A DNA stretch of 64,000 bases from NCBI GenBank assembly GCA_047285805.1, contig JBJBCN010000003.1, positions 608,001 through 672,000 of the forward strand, written 5' to 3'. The notes beneath the pieces were generated by a model that saw only the letters and a program-made list of their open reading frames with translations, did not search any database and was not told the origin of the DNA. This document shows positions 45,401 through 54,638 of the stretch, piece after piece (position 1 is the stretch's first letter; every line of letters starts with the position of its first letter). Source of the DNA: Synechococcus sp. (GTDB taxonomy: Bacteria; Cyanobacteriota; Cyanobacteriia; PCC-6307; Cyanobiaceae). Position numbers and translations under genes: made by a program.

Positions 45401-46049
45401 TCAAAGACAAGATCCGATGCTGACGCGCCGCCGCATCCCATTGCGTTCAATCACGACCCCATCGCCTGGATGGCCACCAGCCGCCAACCGCTGCTGCCGA
45501 TTTGTTCCCTGACGAGGGCGTTGCTGGAGCTGGCGCCCTGCTGAAAGATGGCCGACCCCCGTTGGCCCGGGATTTGGACCACGCCGACCAATTCGGGCAG
45601 TGCGGGCTGCGGCTTGCCAGCCGTGCTCTCCAGGGTGGCTGGAACCGCGGGAAGCGGCGGGAGCTGGGCGATCCAGGCTTCCTCCACGGGCGGTGGCGGC
45701 AGTGACGCTCTGGGCTGAGGTTGCGCAGGTCGCTCAGCAAACGGGCATTGCTGTCCAGCCGCAGTTGGCGTTGGGCCGTGCTCCAGCCCTGCCAGAGCCC
45801 CACGCTGACGCCGAGGGAGCAGAGGATCACCGCGACGACGACCCATTGCTTGGTGCGTAGGCGCTCGGCGATCGAAGTTGCGGTTGCATCGCTCGCCTGG
45901 CTTGGCGTTGCTTCGCGGACGTCGACTTCTATCGTCTCCTGCAGTTCATGTGCCGGGACGCTGTCGGGATGGCAGACCCGATCCATCACCTGCTTTGCTT
46001 TGAGCTCCCACTAGGACCGCGAGCTGGTGGTTGAGCGGAGAGGGCTCAC
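45401..46049 (-). pseudogene. Membrane-anchored pilus/T2SS-accessory-like gene with a nonsense codon and two frameshifts
   Basis: VSPLRSTTSSRS-TAG-WELKAKQVMDRV, TM helix; frameshift near 45710 to LPPPP...LVGVVQIPG..GSAIF...IGSSGWRL; second frameshift near 45465 to DGVVIERNG.RR.VSIG. Confidence 0.7.
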
Positions 46050-46073
46050 ACGGGGCAGCGCTGTAGCTGAACC

Positions 46074-47996
46074 CTATCGGCTTTGCGGGCTGCTGACGAG
46101 GGTGCTGTTGCGGCGACTCTCCAACTCCAGCCACAGCATCAGGGCCGTCACGTCGGCATGGCTGACCCCCGGAATCCGCGAGGCCTGACCAAGGTTGCTG
46201 GGTTGAATAGCGCTGAGTTTTTCGCGGGCCTCCCGCGAGAGGGTGCCGATGCGCTCGTAATCGATTCCCTCGGGGATGCGCCGCTCGGCTTGTTTTTTCA
46301 GTTGATCGATTTGCTGCTGCTGCCGGGCCAGGTAGCCGCTGTATTTGATGTCGATCTCTGCCCCTTCGCGGACGTCGAGGGGCAGCTCGGCTTTGGCGAG
46401 GCCATGGCGCACCAGGTCTCCGCTGTGGAATCCCGGACGCCGCAGAAGGTCGGCCAAGGTGATCGATCCCTTGATGGCCGCCTTGGTTTCCTCGGCCACT
46501 GCTGGCGCCACAGAGTCACTAACCTTCAGGCGGACGCTCTCGAGCCGTTGTTTTTCGGTCTCGATCGCTTCCTGTTTGCGCTCGTAGATCCCCCAGCGAC
46601 GGTTGTCGATCAAGCCCAGCTCGCGCCCGAGGGGCGTCAGTCTGCGGTCGGCGTTGTCACCGCGCAGCACCAGTCGGTACTCACTGCGACTTGTTAGCAC
46701 CCGGTAAGGCTCTCGCAGATCCTGGGTGATCAGGTCATCGATCATCGTGCCGATGTAGCTCCCCTCCCGTGGGAAGTTGACCGGCTCCTGCTGCCGTAGC
46801 TGACGCACGGCATTGAGGCCCGCAACGAGCCCTTGGGCTGCCGCTTCTTCGTAGCCGGTGGTGCCGTTGAGTTGGCCGGCGCTGAAGAGGCCTTTTACCC
46901 GTTTGGTCTCCAGTGAGGGCTTGAGCTGGGTGGCGGGCAGGTAGTCGTAATCCACGGCGTAGGCCGGGCGCAGCATCACGCACTGTTCCAGGCCTGGCAG
47001 GGTGCGCAGCAGCTCCAGTTGCAGCCGCTCCGGCAGTCCCGTGGAGAAGCCCTGGACGTAGATCTCTGGGGTGTCTCGGCCCTCGGGCTCCAAGAAGATC
47101 TGGTGGCTGTCTTTGTCGGCAAAGCGCACGATCTTGTCTTCGATCGAGGGGCAGTAGCGGGGTCCTTTGCTATCGATGACCCCGCCGTAGATCGGGGTGA
47201 GGTGCAGGTTGTCTTGGATCAGCTGGTGGGTAGCCGCGGTTGTGCGGGTGATGTGGCAGCTCATCTGCTCACCACTGACCCAGCTGGCTGGATCAAAGGA
47301 GAAGTAGCGATCGGCGGCGTCGCTGGGTTGCTCCTCCAGTTGATCGAGGGCGATGCTGCGGCGATCCACCCGGGCCGGGGTGCCGGTCTTCAGGCGGTCG
47401 GTCTGGAAGCCCAGCTCCTGCAGGGCCTCGGTCAGGCCTTCCGCGGCCTGCTCACCGGCGCGGCCGGCTGACATGGATTGATGGCCCACCCAGATCTGCC
47501 CGCCCAGGAAGGTGCCGGCGGTCAGGATCACGGTTCCAGCGCTATAGGTGCTGCCGAAGTAGGTCCTCACGCCCTGGATGGCGGCGTCCTCGACCACGAG
47601 TCCGGTCACCATCGCCTCGCGCAGGGCCAGGTTTGGTGTGTGCTGCAGCAGCCGCAGCATCTGAAGGGAGTACTGGCGTTTGTCGGTTTGGGCGCGTAGG
47701 GCCCAGACCGCGGGGCCGCGGCTGGCGTTGAGGACCCGTTTCTGCAGGGCCGTGGCATCGGCTAGCCGACCGATCACGCCACCGAGGGCATCCACCTCGT
47801 GGACCAGCTGGCTCTTGGCCGGACCGCCCACAGCCGGATTGCACGGCTGCCAGGCGATCCGGTCGAGATTGAGGGAGAAGAGTGCGGTGCTGCAGCCCAG
47901 ACGCGCAGCAGTGATGGCCGCTTCGCAGCCGGCATGACCGCCGCCGACGACGATCACGTCGAAGTGCTCGATCGGGGCGAAGTCAGCGGAAGCCAT
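46074..47996 (-). CDS. mnmG: tRNA uridine-5-carboxymethylaminomethyl modification enzyme
   Basis: [46 protein letters not shown]. Confidence 0.99.
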   Translation of the reverse strand: MASADFAPIEHFDVIVVGGGHAGCEAAITAARLGCSTALFSLNLDRIAWQPCNPAVGGPAKSQLVHEVDALGGVIGRLADATALQKRVLNASRGPAVWALRAQTDKRQYSLQMLRLLQHTPNLALREAMVTGLVVEDAAIQGVRTYFGSTYSAGTVILTAGTFLGGQIWVGHQSMSAGRAGEQAAEGLTEALQELGFQTDRLKTGTPARVDRRSIALDQLEEQPSDAADRYFSFDPASWVSGEQMSCHITRTTAATHQLIQDNLHLTPIYGGVIDSKGPRYCPSIEDKIVRFADKDSHQIFLEPEGRDTPEIYVQGFSTGLPERLQLELLRTLPGLEQCVMLRPAYAVDYDYLPATQLKPSLETKRVKGLFSAGQLNGTTGYEEAAAQGLVAGLNAVRQLRQQEPVNFPREGSYIGTMIDDLITQDLREPYRVLTSRSEYRLVLRGDNADRRLTPLGRELGLIDNRRWGIYERKQEAIETEKQRLESVRLKVSDSVAPAVAEETKAAIKGSITLADLLRRPGFHSGDLVRHGLAKAELPLDVREGAEIDIKYSGYLARQQQQIDQLKKQAERRIPEGIDYERIGTLSREAREKLSAIQPSNLGQASRIPGVSHADVTALMLWLELESRRNSTLVSSPQSR

Positions 47997-48005
47997 GGGT
48001 TGACG

Positions 48006-49421
48006 CTACGGCGCCGCCAGATTGCGGAAGCGGGTGTACTGCGGCTCAAACAGCAGCTTGACCGTTCCCACCGGCCCGTTCCGGTGCTTGGTCACGATGA
48101 TCTCGGTGATGCCCCGGTCGGGAGTGTCCGGGTTGTAGTACTCGTCCCGGTAGATCATCAGCACCAGGTCGGCGTCCTGCTCGATCGAGCCCGATTCCCG
48201 CAGGTCACTCAGCATTGGCCTTTTGTTGGTTCGGGCTTCCACGCCCCGGCTCAGCTGGGAGAGGGCGATGACCGGCACGTTCAGTTCACGGGCCATCTGT
48301 TTGAGGCCACGAGTGATGCGGGAAAGCTCCTGGACGCGGTTGTCCGAGCCGCCGCCTTCCATGAGCTGCAGGTAGTCGATGATCACGACCCCGAGCTCTT
48401 TGCCGCTTTCGGCCATCAGCCGCCGGCAGAGGGAGCGCATCTCCAGCACCCCCACGTTGGGTTTGTCATCGATGTAGATCGGCATCTGCCCGAGGGTGCT
48501 GATGCCTTGGCCCAGCAGCGGCCACTCCTCGGGTTGCAGCCGGCCTGTCCTCAGCCGGCCGCTCTCGATGCCCACCTCCATGGCCAACAGGCGGTACGTC
48601 AGCTGCTCTTTGCTCATCTCCAAGGAGAAGACGCAGACCGGGAGGTTGTGGAGCTGGGCGACGTTCTTGGCCAGGTTCATCGTGATGGCGGTCTTCCCCA
48701 TGGCGGGGCGTCCGGCCACGATGATCAGGTCGCTGCGCTGCAGCCCCTGGGTCATGGCATCGAGGTCGTAGAAGTTGACCGGGATGCCGGCCACGGCCGT
48801 TCCCAAGGAGCGGCTCTCGATCTCGTTAAAGGTGGCCGTGAGGATTTCAGCCGTGGGGGTCAGACCCGCGCTGGGTTTCTCTTGGCTGATGGCAAAGATC
48901 TTCTGCTCGGCCTCATCGAGCACCTGCTCCATGGGCTTGCCTTGATCAAAGCCCAGCTGGATTACCTCGTTGCCGGAGCGGATCAGCTGACGGCGCAGAA
49001 ACTTGTCCATCACCAGGCGCGCCACCTGGTCGATCGAGGCCGTGGAGAGGGTGCGCTCTACCAGCTCCACCAGCCGGCTGCTGCCGCCAACCTTCTCGAG
49101 GGCGCCGGTGTCCGCCAACCAGGCGGTCATCGCCGTTAGGTCGGTGGGTTTGCCCTGGCTGTTGAGCATCAGGGCCGTGCGATAGATCTCCCTGTGGGCG
49201 GAGAGATAGAAGGCCTCCGGTTGTAGAACATCAGCCACGCGCCCGATTGCATCCGGGTCCAGCAGGATTCCGCCCAGGACCGCTTCTTCGGCTTCCAGGT
49301 TCTGGGGCGGCACCCCATCAGGCATTGCCTCGAAACGCTCGTCCTCCCGTGGCCGGCCCCGGGGCGCCCCGCGGCCGCCGCCCTCCTCGGCGTCGCTTTG
49401 GCTTAGGGGAACGCTCACCAT
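48006..49421 (-). CDS. dnaB: Replicative DNA helicase (no intein)
   Basis: GRPAMGKT, FSLEM, IDYLQL, SQLSR, SDLRESGSIEQDAD. Confidence 0.99.
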   Translation of the reverse strand: MVSVPLSQSDAEEGGGRGAPRGRPREDERFEAMPDGVPPQNLEAEEAVLGGILLDPDAIGRVADVLQPEAFYLSAHREIYRTALMLNSQGKPTDLTAMTAWLADTGALEKVGGSSRLVELVERTLSTASIDQVARLVMDKFLRRQLIRSGNEVIQLGFDQGKPMEQVLDEAEQKIFAISQEKPSAGLTPTAEILTATFNEIESRSLGTAVAGIPVNFYDLDAMTQGLQRSDLIIVAGRPAMGKTAITMNLAKNVAQLHNLPVCVFSLEMSKEQLTYRLLAMEVGIESGRLRTGRLQPEEWPLLGQGISTLGQMPIYIDDKPNVGVLEMRSLCRRLMAESGKELGVVIIDYLQLMEGGGSDNRVQELSRITRGLKQMARELNVPVIALSQLSRGVEARTNKRPMLSDLRESGSIEQDADLVLMIYRDEYYNPDTPDRGITEIIVTKHRNGPVGTVKLLFEPQYTRFRNLAAP

Positions 49422-49440
49422 TGCTTTGGGAGGGGTTTCA

Positions 49441-49476
49441 AAGAAAAAGCCGTCAGTCCCGTTGGGGCCTGACGGC
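49441..49476 (-). terminator. Intrinsic terminator after rplI
   Basis: GCCGTCAG/CTGACGGC stem; the A-run on + reads as a U-tract on -. Confidence 0.7.
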
Positions 49477-49536
49477 GAAGGGGGCGCTCATTGTGGCGGG
49501 AACCTTGAGGTTCGCCTAGACCACGCTGAACGGTTC

Positions 49537-49995
49537 TTAGTGGCTGACGACTTCGAGGTTGATCTCAGCGGTGACTGCGCTGTGGAGCTTGACCTTCACC
49601 TTGTAGGTGCCGGTGCGGTGGATTTCGGGGACGACGATGTCGCGGCGATCCACTTCCTTCTTGGTGGCGGCCTCGATGGCCTCAGCCACGTCGGCGTTAG
49701 TCACGGTTCCGAAGAGCACGTCGTCGCCACCGGTCTGCTTCTTGACGGTAAAGCGGCCGATGGTGTCGAGGGCAGTGCGGAAGTCCAGGGCTTCCTGCTT
49801 GAGGGCGGCCTGACGCTCGGCTTCCTTGGCGCGACGGTGCTCCACCTGCTTCAGGACCGCGGGGGTCAGGGCAACAGCCTTGCCTTGGGGGAGGAGGAAG
49901 TTGCGGGCATAACCGGGGGCAACTTCCACCAGGTCACCGTTCTTGCCCAGGCTCAGGACGTCCTCGCTGAGGACTATGGATACACGCTTAGCCAT
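49537..49995 (-). CDS. rplI: 50S ribosomal protein L9
   Basis: [25 protein letters not shown]. Confidence 0.99.
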   Translation of the reverse strand: MAKRVSIVLSEDVLSLGKNGDLVEVAPGYARNFLLPQGKAVALTPAVLKQVEHRRAKEAERQAALKQEALDFRTALDTIGRFTVKKQTGGDDVLFGTVTNADVAEAIEAATKKEVDRRDIVVPEIHRTGTYKVKVKLHSAVTAEINLEVVSH

Positions 49996-50033
49996 GGGGT
50001 TGCAGTCGAACGATCAGCGAATTTGGCGATTGA

Positions 50034-50936
50034 TCAGACTACGCCACCACTCGCGGCCTGTGCTAGCAGCGGCGCGGGCAGCCGCACCTGGGTTGCCATT
50101 CCCAGCCGTTGCAGCAGCTGGATGTGCATCCAGGTGAGGTCCGGTTCCCGCCAGCCCCAGCCGTGGCGAGCGGAGTGAGGATAGGCGTGGTGGGTGTTGT
50201 GCCAGCCCTCGCCAAAGGTCAGGGCGGCCACCCAGGGGTTGTTGCGGGAGCCGTCGCCACTGCTGTGGCGGATGTAGCCCCAACGGTGGGTGGCGGAATT
50301 CACCAGCCAGGTGCAGTGGTAGACGAGCACCAGGCGCAGGGGAATACCCCAGAGCACCAGTGCCCAGCCGCCGGCGTTGGTGACGCTGCCAATCCAGAAG
50401 AGCATTCCTGCCAGGGGGATCTGCAGCATCAGGAACCAGCGGTTCAGCCAGCGGTAGTAGGGGTCTTTGGCTAGGTCCCCGGTAAAGTGCGGGACCGCCC
50501 GCTCAGCCGGGATGTCGCGGAACATCCAGCCCATATGGCTCCACCAGAAGCCGCGATGGCTGTTGTGGTGATCTGAATCCGTATCCGAAAACTTGTGGTG
50601 GTGGCGGTGCAGGCCGACCCAGTCAATGGGGCCGTGCTGGCAGCTCAGAGCTCCGCAGGTGGAGAAGAAGCGCTCCAGCCATTTCGGAAGCCGCAGGGCC
50701 CGGTGGGAGAGCACCCGGTGGTAGCCGATGGTGACCCCCAGGCAGGCCGTGACCCAATAGAGGATCAGCAGGGTTGCGGTGGATTCCCAGCTCCAGAACG
50801 CCGGAAGGAGGGCGATTAGCGCCAGGCCATGCAGGGCGCCCATGAAGCTGATCACTCCCCAGTTGCGCGGAAGTTTGGTGATTGGCGTTTGGGCGTGGTT
50901 CGCCCAAGCGCTGCTGCGGCTGATGGTGGTGGTCAT
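50034..50936 (-). CDS. desC: Delta-9 acyl-lipid desaturase
   Basis: His boxes HRVLSH, HRHHH, HNTHH; DPYY. Confidence 0.93.
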   Translation of the reverse strand: MTTTISRSSAWANHAQTPITKLPRNWGVISFMGALHGLALIALLPAFWSWESTATLLILYWVTACLGVTIGYHRVLSHRALRLPKWLERFFSTCGALSCQHGPIDWVGLHRHHHKFSDTDSDHHNSHRGFWWSHMGWMFRDIPAERAVPHFTGDLAKDPYYRWLNRWFLMLQIPLAGMLFWIGSVTNAGGWALVLWGIPLRLVLVYHCTWLVNSATHRWGYIRHSSGDGSRNNPWVAALTFGEGWHNTHHAYPHSARHGWGWREPDLTWMHIQLLQRLGMATQVRLPAPLLAQAASGGVV

Positions 50937-51000
50937 ACCCCCCCTCCCGATACGGACGAGATGTTCTCGCTAAAATGGTAGCAGTACGGATTCGTAACGA

Positions 51001-51786
51001 GTGAATTATCGGGACGAACTCGAAGCGGGTCGTGATGCCTTCGGGCATCTGATCAAGGTCTGGCACGAGCGGAACGGTTGGAGTCAGAGGGTTTTGCCGG
51101 CCTTGGCGGAGCGCCTGGAGCTAGGCCGGGTCCATAACTCCCAGCTCTCCAACCTGCGCAATCGCAAGTTGGCCTCCCCTGGGCCGGAGCTGTTTGTGGC
51201 GCTGGGTCGTATCAATGAGCTGTTGGCGGCACAGGGGTCTGCGGGGCTCTCTGCTGAGCTCGAGCAGCAGGTCAGCGATCAGCCCGAGTTGCTTGCCGCC
51301 CTTCAGGCTTCGTCCCTGGCGCTGCTGAGTGATTCCGGTGAAGCGTTGGGCCCGGCGCAGCTCTTCGAGATCTTTGTCGGCCTGCGTCAGCCGCCGGGGG
51401 CCTTTGACCTGCGCATCGACGCGGTGGAAGCCGCAGGCCTGAGCGCCGCCTTGGCGGAACTGCTGACCGCGGGGCGTCCCTGGCGTGTTTGCCGGGAGCA
51501 ATTAATCGCGGCTTATCCTGCCGAGAAGCGGCAGCGGAGGGAGCGCTTCGCTGAGGTCATGGCCGGTCAGCGGGAGTACAGCGCTGAGGAGCTCGACGCG
51601 GAGTTGGCTGATCTGCGCCGGACCCTGGCGGTGCTCGGCGCGGCGGATGAGCAGGAGCTCAGCGCCGACCAATTTCTGGAGCTGTTGCGCCAAAAAGCCC
51701 GACTGCTGGAGCAGCCGGGCCAAGGGGACGGGGAGTCCGATCTGGCGGAGGCGATCCGCCGTCAGTTGCAGGCTTACCCGCTATAG
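51001..51786 (+). CDS. Hypothetical protein with XRE-like N-terminal HTH
   Basis: FG.LI..W..RNGWSQ...LA...VHNSQLSNLRN.K..PG. Confidence 0.75.
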   Translation: MNYRDELEAGRDAFGHLIKVWHERNGWSQRVLPALAERLELGRVHNSQLSNLRNRKLASPGPELFVALGRINELLAAQGSAGLSAELEQQVSDQPELLAALQASSLALLSDSGEALGPAQLFEIFVGLRQPPGAFDLRIDAVEAAGLSAALAELLTAGRPWRVCREQLIAAYPAEKRQRRERFAEVMAGQREYSAEELDAELADLRRTLAVLGAADEQELSADQFLELLRQKARLLEQPGQGDGESDLAEAIRRQLQAYPL

Positions 51787-52739
51787 CGGGCTTCGCGAAC
51801 TCGCTTCGCCCAGCCCAGCTTGCGCAGCAGCTTGATGTGCTGCCAGGTGATGTCGAACTCGAACCAGCGCAGGCCGTGGCGGGCACTGGAGGGGTGGGCA
51901 TGGTGGTTGTTATGCCAGCCCTCGCCGAAGCTCAGAATCGCCACCCACCAGCAGTTGCGGGACAGGTCAGGGCAGTCGAAGTTGCGATAGCCGAAGGCGT
52001 GGGTGGCGGAGTTCACCAGCCAGGTCACGTGATACACGAGCACCAAGCGCAATGGGATGGCCCAGAGCACCAAGCCCAAGCCGCCGCCATGGACTTGCGC
52101 GGCGTTGCCGTACCAGTAGAGGGCAGCGCCCAGGGGGATTTGCAGCAGCAGGAACCAGCGGTCCAGCCAGCGGTAGAGAGGGTCCTGGAGCATGTCGCCC
52201 GTGAAGCGATGGATCTCCTTCAGCGCGGGGATCTCATGGAGCATCCAATCGCTATGGGCCCACCAAAGACCGCGGGCGGCGTCGTGGTGGTCGTTGGGCT
52301 GGTCGGAGAACTTGTGGTGGTGACGGTGCAGGCCGACCCACTCGATCGGACCGCTCTGGCAGGCCAGCGTGCCCATTACCACGAGGACGCGCTCTACCCA
52401 CTTGGGTGCGACAAAACTGCGGTGGGCCACCAGACGGTGGAGGCCCAGGGTTACGCCGATCACGGTTGTCCAGTAAAGGACTGCGAGCACGGCAACCCCT
52501 TGCCAGCTCCAGTACTGGGGCAGCAGCGCAAAGACCGCACCGATGTGGATCGCCAGCATGAAGCCGGTGGTCCCGGATTTGTATTTCCTCTGACTACGGG
52601 GAAGTTGAGCGCGGGGCACCACCAAAGCGGCGCGCATCCGCGCCTCCTGGGCCGCGGTGTACCCATTGGATCCGCCGGCTTGGTCCGCCCCGTCGCGTTG
52701 GGAGGCTGCCGCCGCAGCGGTGTCGTGGGCTAGGACCAA
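51774..52739 (-). CDS. desC: Delta-9 acyl-lipid desaturase (second copy)
   Basis: HRLVAH, HRHHH, HNNHH; TTG start after AGGAG. Confidence 0.93.
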   Translation of the reverse strand: MVLAHDTAAAAASQRDGADQAGGSNGYTAAQEARMRAALVVPRAQLPRSQRKYKSGTTGFMLAIHIGAVFALLPQYWSWQGVAVLAVLYWTTVIGVTLGLHRLVAHRSFVAPKWVERVLVVMGTLACQSGPIEWVGLHRHHHKFSDQPNDHHDAARGLWWAHSDWMLHEIPALKEIHRFTGDMLQDPLYRWLDRWFLLLQIPLGAALYWYGNAAQVHGGGLGLVLWAIPLRLVLVYHVTWLVNSATHAFGYRNFDCPDLSRNCWWVAILSFGEGWHNNHHAHPSSARHGLRWFEFDITWQHIKLLRKLGWAKRVREARYSG

Positions 52740-52922
52740 AGTGAACTCCTGAAGGGGGCGCAGGCGTCGGGTCGCTGGGTTGCTCCAACGGGGGAGCCTG
52801 CGCACCAATGGCCTGGGATGTCGGTCTGCAGCCCGGGGCTGTGGTCAAGACATCTAACTGAAAAATCTAGACGGCTGGGCCATCGTCACGCGGGAGCAGC
52901 ATGAGTTCACCCGTGCATCGAC

Positions 52923-54221
52923 ATGACCTCCCCCCACCAGGCCTGGGCTGCTGATCAATTGGCGCTCGCCCTCGCGCGTATGGCGCCGGTGGCTGAGCAG
53001 CGGCGGGTGGGCATCAAGCCCCGGTTGCAGCGGGTTCTCGATGCCTTTGCATCGGAACGCCTTGGGGTGCACCATTTTGCCTCCGTCAGTGGCTATGGCC
53101 ATGGGGACCTGGGACGGGAGGTGCTTGATCGGGTCTTTGCTCGGGTTCTGCAGGCCGAGGCCGCGGCGGTGCGCCTGCAATTCGTGAGCGGTACCCACGC
53201 CATCGCCGCTGCCCTCTATGGCGTGCTGCGCCCAGGCGATCGGCTGTTGGCCCTCACCGGTCGGCCCTACGACACCTTGGAAGAGGTCATCGGCATCCGG
53301 GGTGAGGGCCAGGGGTCCTTGGCGGAATTTGGGGTCGCTTATGAAGAGCTGGACCTCCTGCCGGATGGCAGCGTCGATGAGGAGGGGATCGCGGAGGCCT
53401 TGGCGCAGCCCACCCGCATGGTGCTGATCCAGCGCAGTTGCGGCTACAGCTGGCGCCCTTCCCTGACCGTGGCCCAGATCGGCCGGCTGGTGGAGCGGGT
53501 CAAGCTGATTCAGCCAGGTTGTTTGGTCTTCGTCGACAACTGTTACGGCGAGTTGGTGGAGCTGCAGGAGCCCACTGCCGTCGGGGCGGACCTGATGGCG
53601 GGCTCCTTGATCAAGAATCTCGGCGGAACGATTGCCCCCACCGGTGGCTATGTCGCCGGTCGCGAGGAGCTGGTGGAGCAGGCCTGCTGCCGGTTGACCG
53701 CGCCGGGGATCGGTAGTGAAGGGGGCACGGGCTTTGACCTCCATCGCCTCCTCTTCCAAGGACTGTTTTTGGCGCCGCAGATGGTGACAGAGGCCCTGCT
53801 CTGCGCGGAGCTCACCGCGGCGGTGTTCGATGGCTTGGGCTACGCGGTTAAGCCCCTGGTTGGCGGCGTTCGCAGTGACGTAATCCAGGCGGTGCGCCTG
53901 GAGTCTCCCGAGCCGCTGAAGGCGGTCTGCCGTGCTTTCCAAACTTGCTCACCCGTGGGGTCCTATCTCGATCCGATCCCGGCGCCGATGCCGGGTTACG
54001 CCAGTGAGTTGGTGATGGCCGGTGGCACTTTTATCGACGGCAGCACCAGCGAGTTCTCCGCCGATGGCCCCCTTCGGGAGCCCTATGTCCTGTACGCCCA
54101 GGGCGGCACAACCCAGGCCCACGCTGAGCTCGCCTTGGAGCGGGCCCTATTTGCCTTGGCTGAATCCCATTACAAGGGTGGCCCTGGGAACAACCGCACC
54201 CCCGCAAATTCGACAGACTGA
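52923..54221 (+). CDS. PLP-dependent aluminium-resistance / methionine gamma-lyase family protein
   Basis: GYGHGD.GR, FVSGTHAI, FVDNCYGE, GSLIKN.GG. Confidence 0.92.
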   Translation: MTSPHQAWAADQLALALARMAPVAEQRRVGIKPRLQRVLDAFASERLGVHHFASVSGYGHGDLGREVLDRVFARVLQAEAAAVRLQFVSGTHAIAAALYGVLRPGDRLLALTGRPYDTLEEVIGIRGEGQGSLAEFGVAYEELDLLPDGSVDEEGIAEALAQPTRMVLIQRSCGYSWRPSLTVAQIGRLVERVKLIQPGCLVFVDNCYGELVELQEPTAVGADLMAGSLIKNLGGTIAPTGGYVAGREELVEQACCRLTAPGIGSEGGTGFDLHRLLFQGLFLAPQMVTEALLCAELTAAVFDGLGYAVKPLVGGVRSDVIQAVRLESPEPLKAVCRAFQTCSPVGSYLDPIPAPMPGYASELVMAGGTFIDGSTSEFSADGPLREPYVLYAQGGTTQAHAELALERALFALAESHYKGGPGNNRTPANSTD

Positions 54222-54248
54222 GCACCACCTTTTGCTGCGGCGCGGCCC

Positions 54249-54638
54249 ATGGGTCTGCACTATCCCGATGACTGCCGCTACTCGGACAGTCACGAGTACG
54301 TGAAGTCCGAAGGAGAGCTGGTGCGCGTTGGCATCAGCGCCTTTGCGGTCGATCAGCTCGGCGACATCGTCTTCGTAGAGTTGCCCGAGGTGGGCGACAG
54401 CCTGACCCAGGGCTTCAGCTTCGGTTCGGTCGAGTCGGTGAAGGCGGTCGAGGACATGCTTTCCCCTATCGACGGGACGGTGGAGGCCCGCAACGAAGCG
54501 GTCCTGGCGAGCCCGGAGGAGCTCCAGAACGACCCCTACGGCGAGGGTTGGTTGCTGTTGGTCCGACCGTCGGCTCCCGCCCAGGTTGATGGCCTGATGG
54601 ATTCAGCCAGCTACGGCGCCAAGGTCGAAGGCCACTGA
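54249..54638 (+). CDS. gcvH: Glycine cleavage system H protein
   Basis: [16 protein letters not shown] (lipoyl Lys), DPYGEGWL. Confidence 0.98.
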   Translation: MGLHYPDDCRYSDSHEYVKSEGELVRVGISAFAVDQLGDIVFVELPEVGDSLTQGFSFGSVESVKAVEDMLSPIDGTVEARNEAVLASPEELQNDPYGEGWLLLVRPSAPAQVDGLMDSASYGAKVEGH

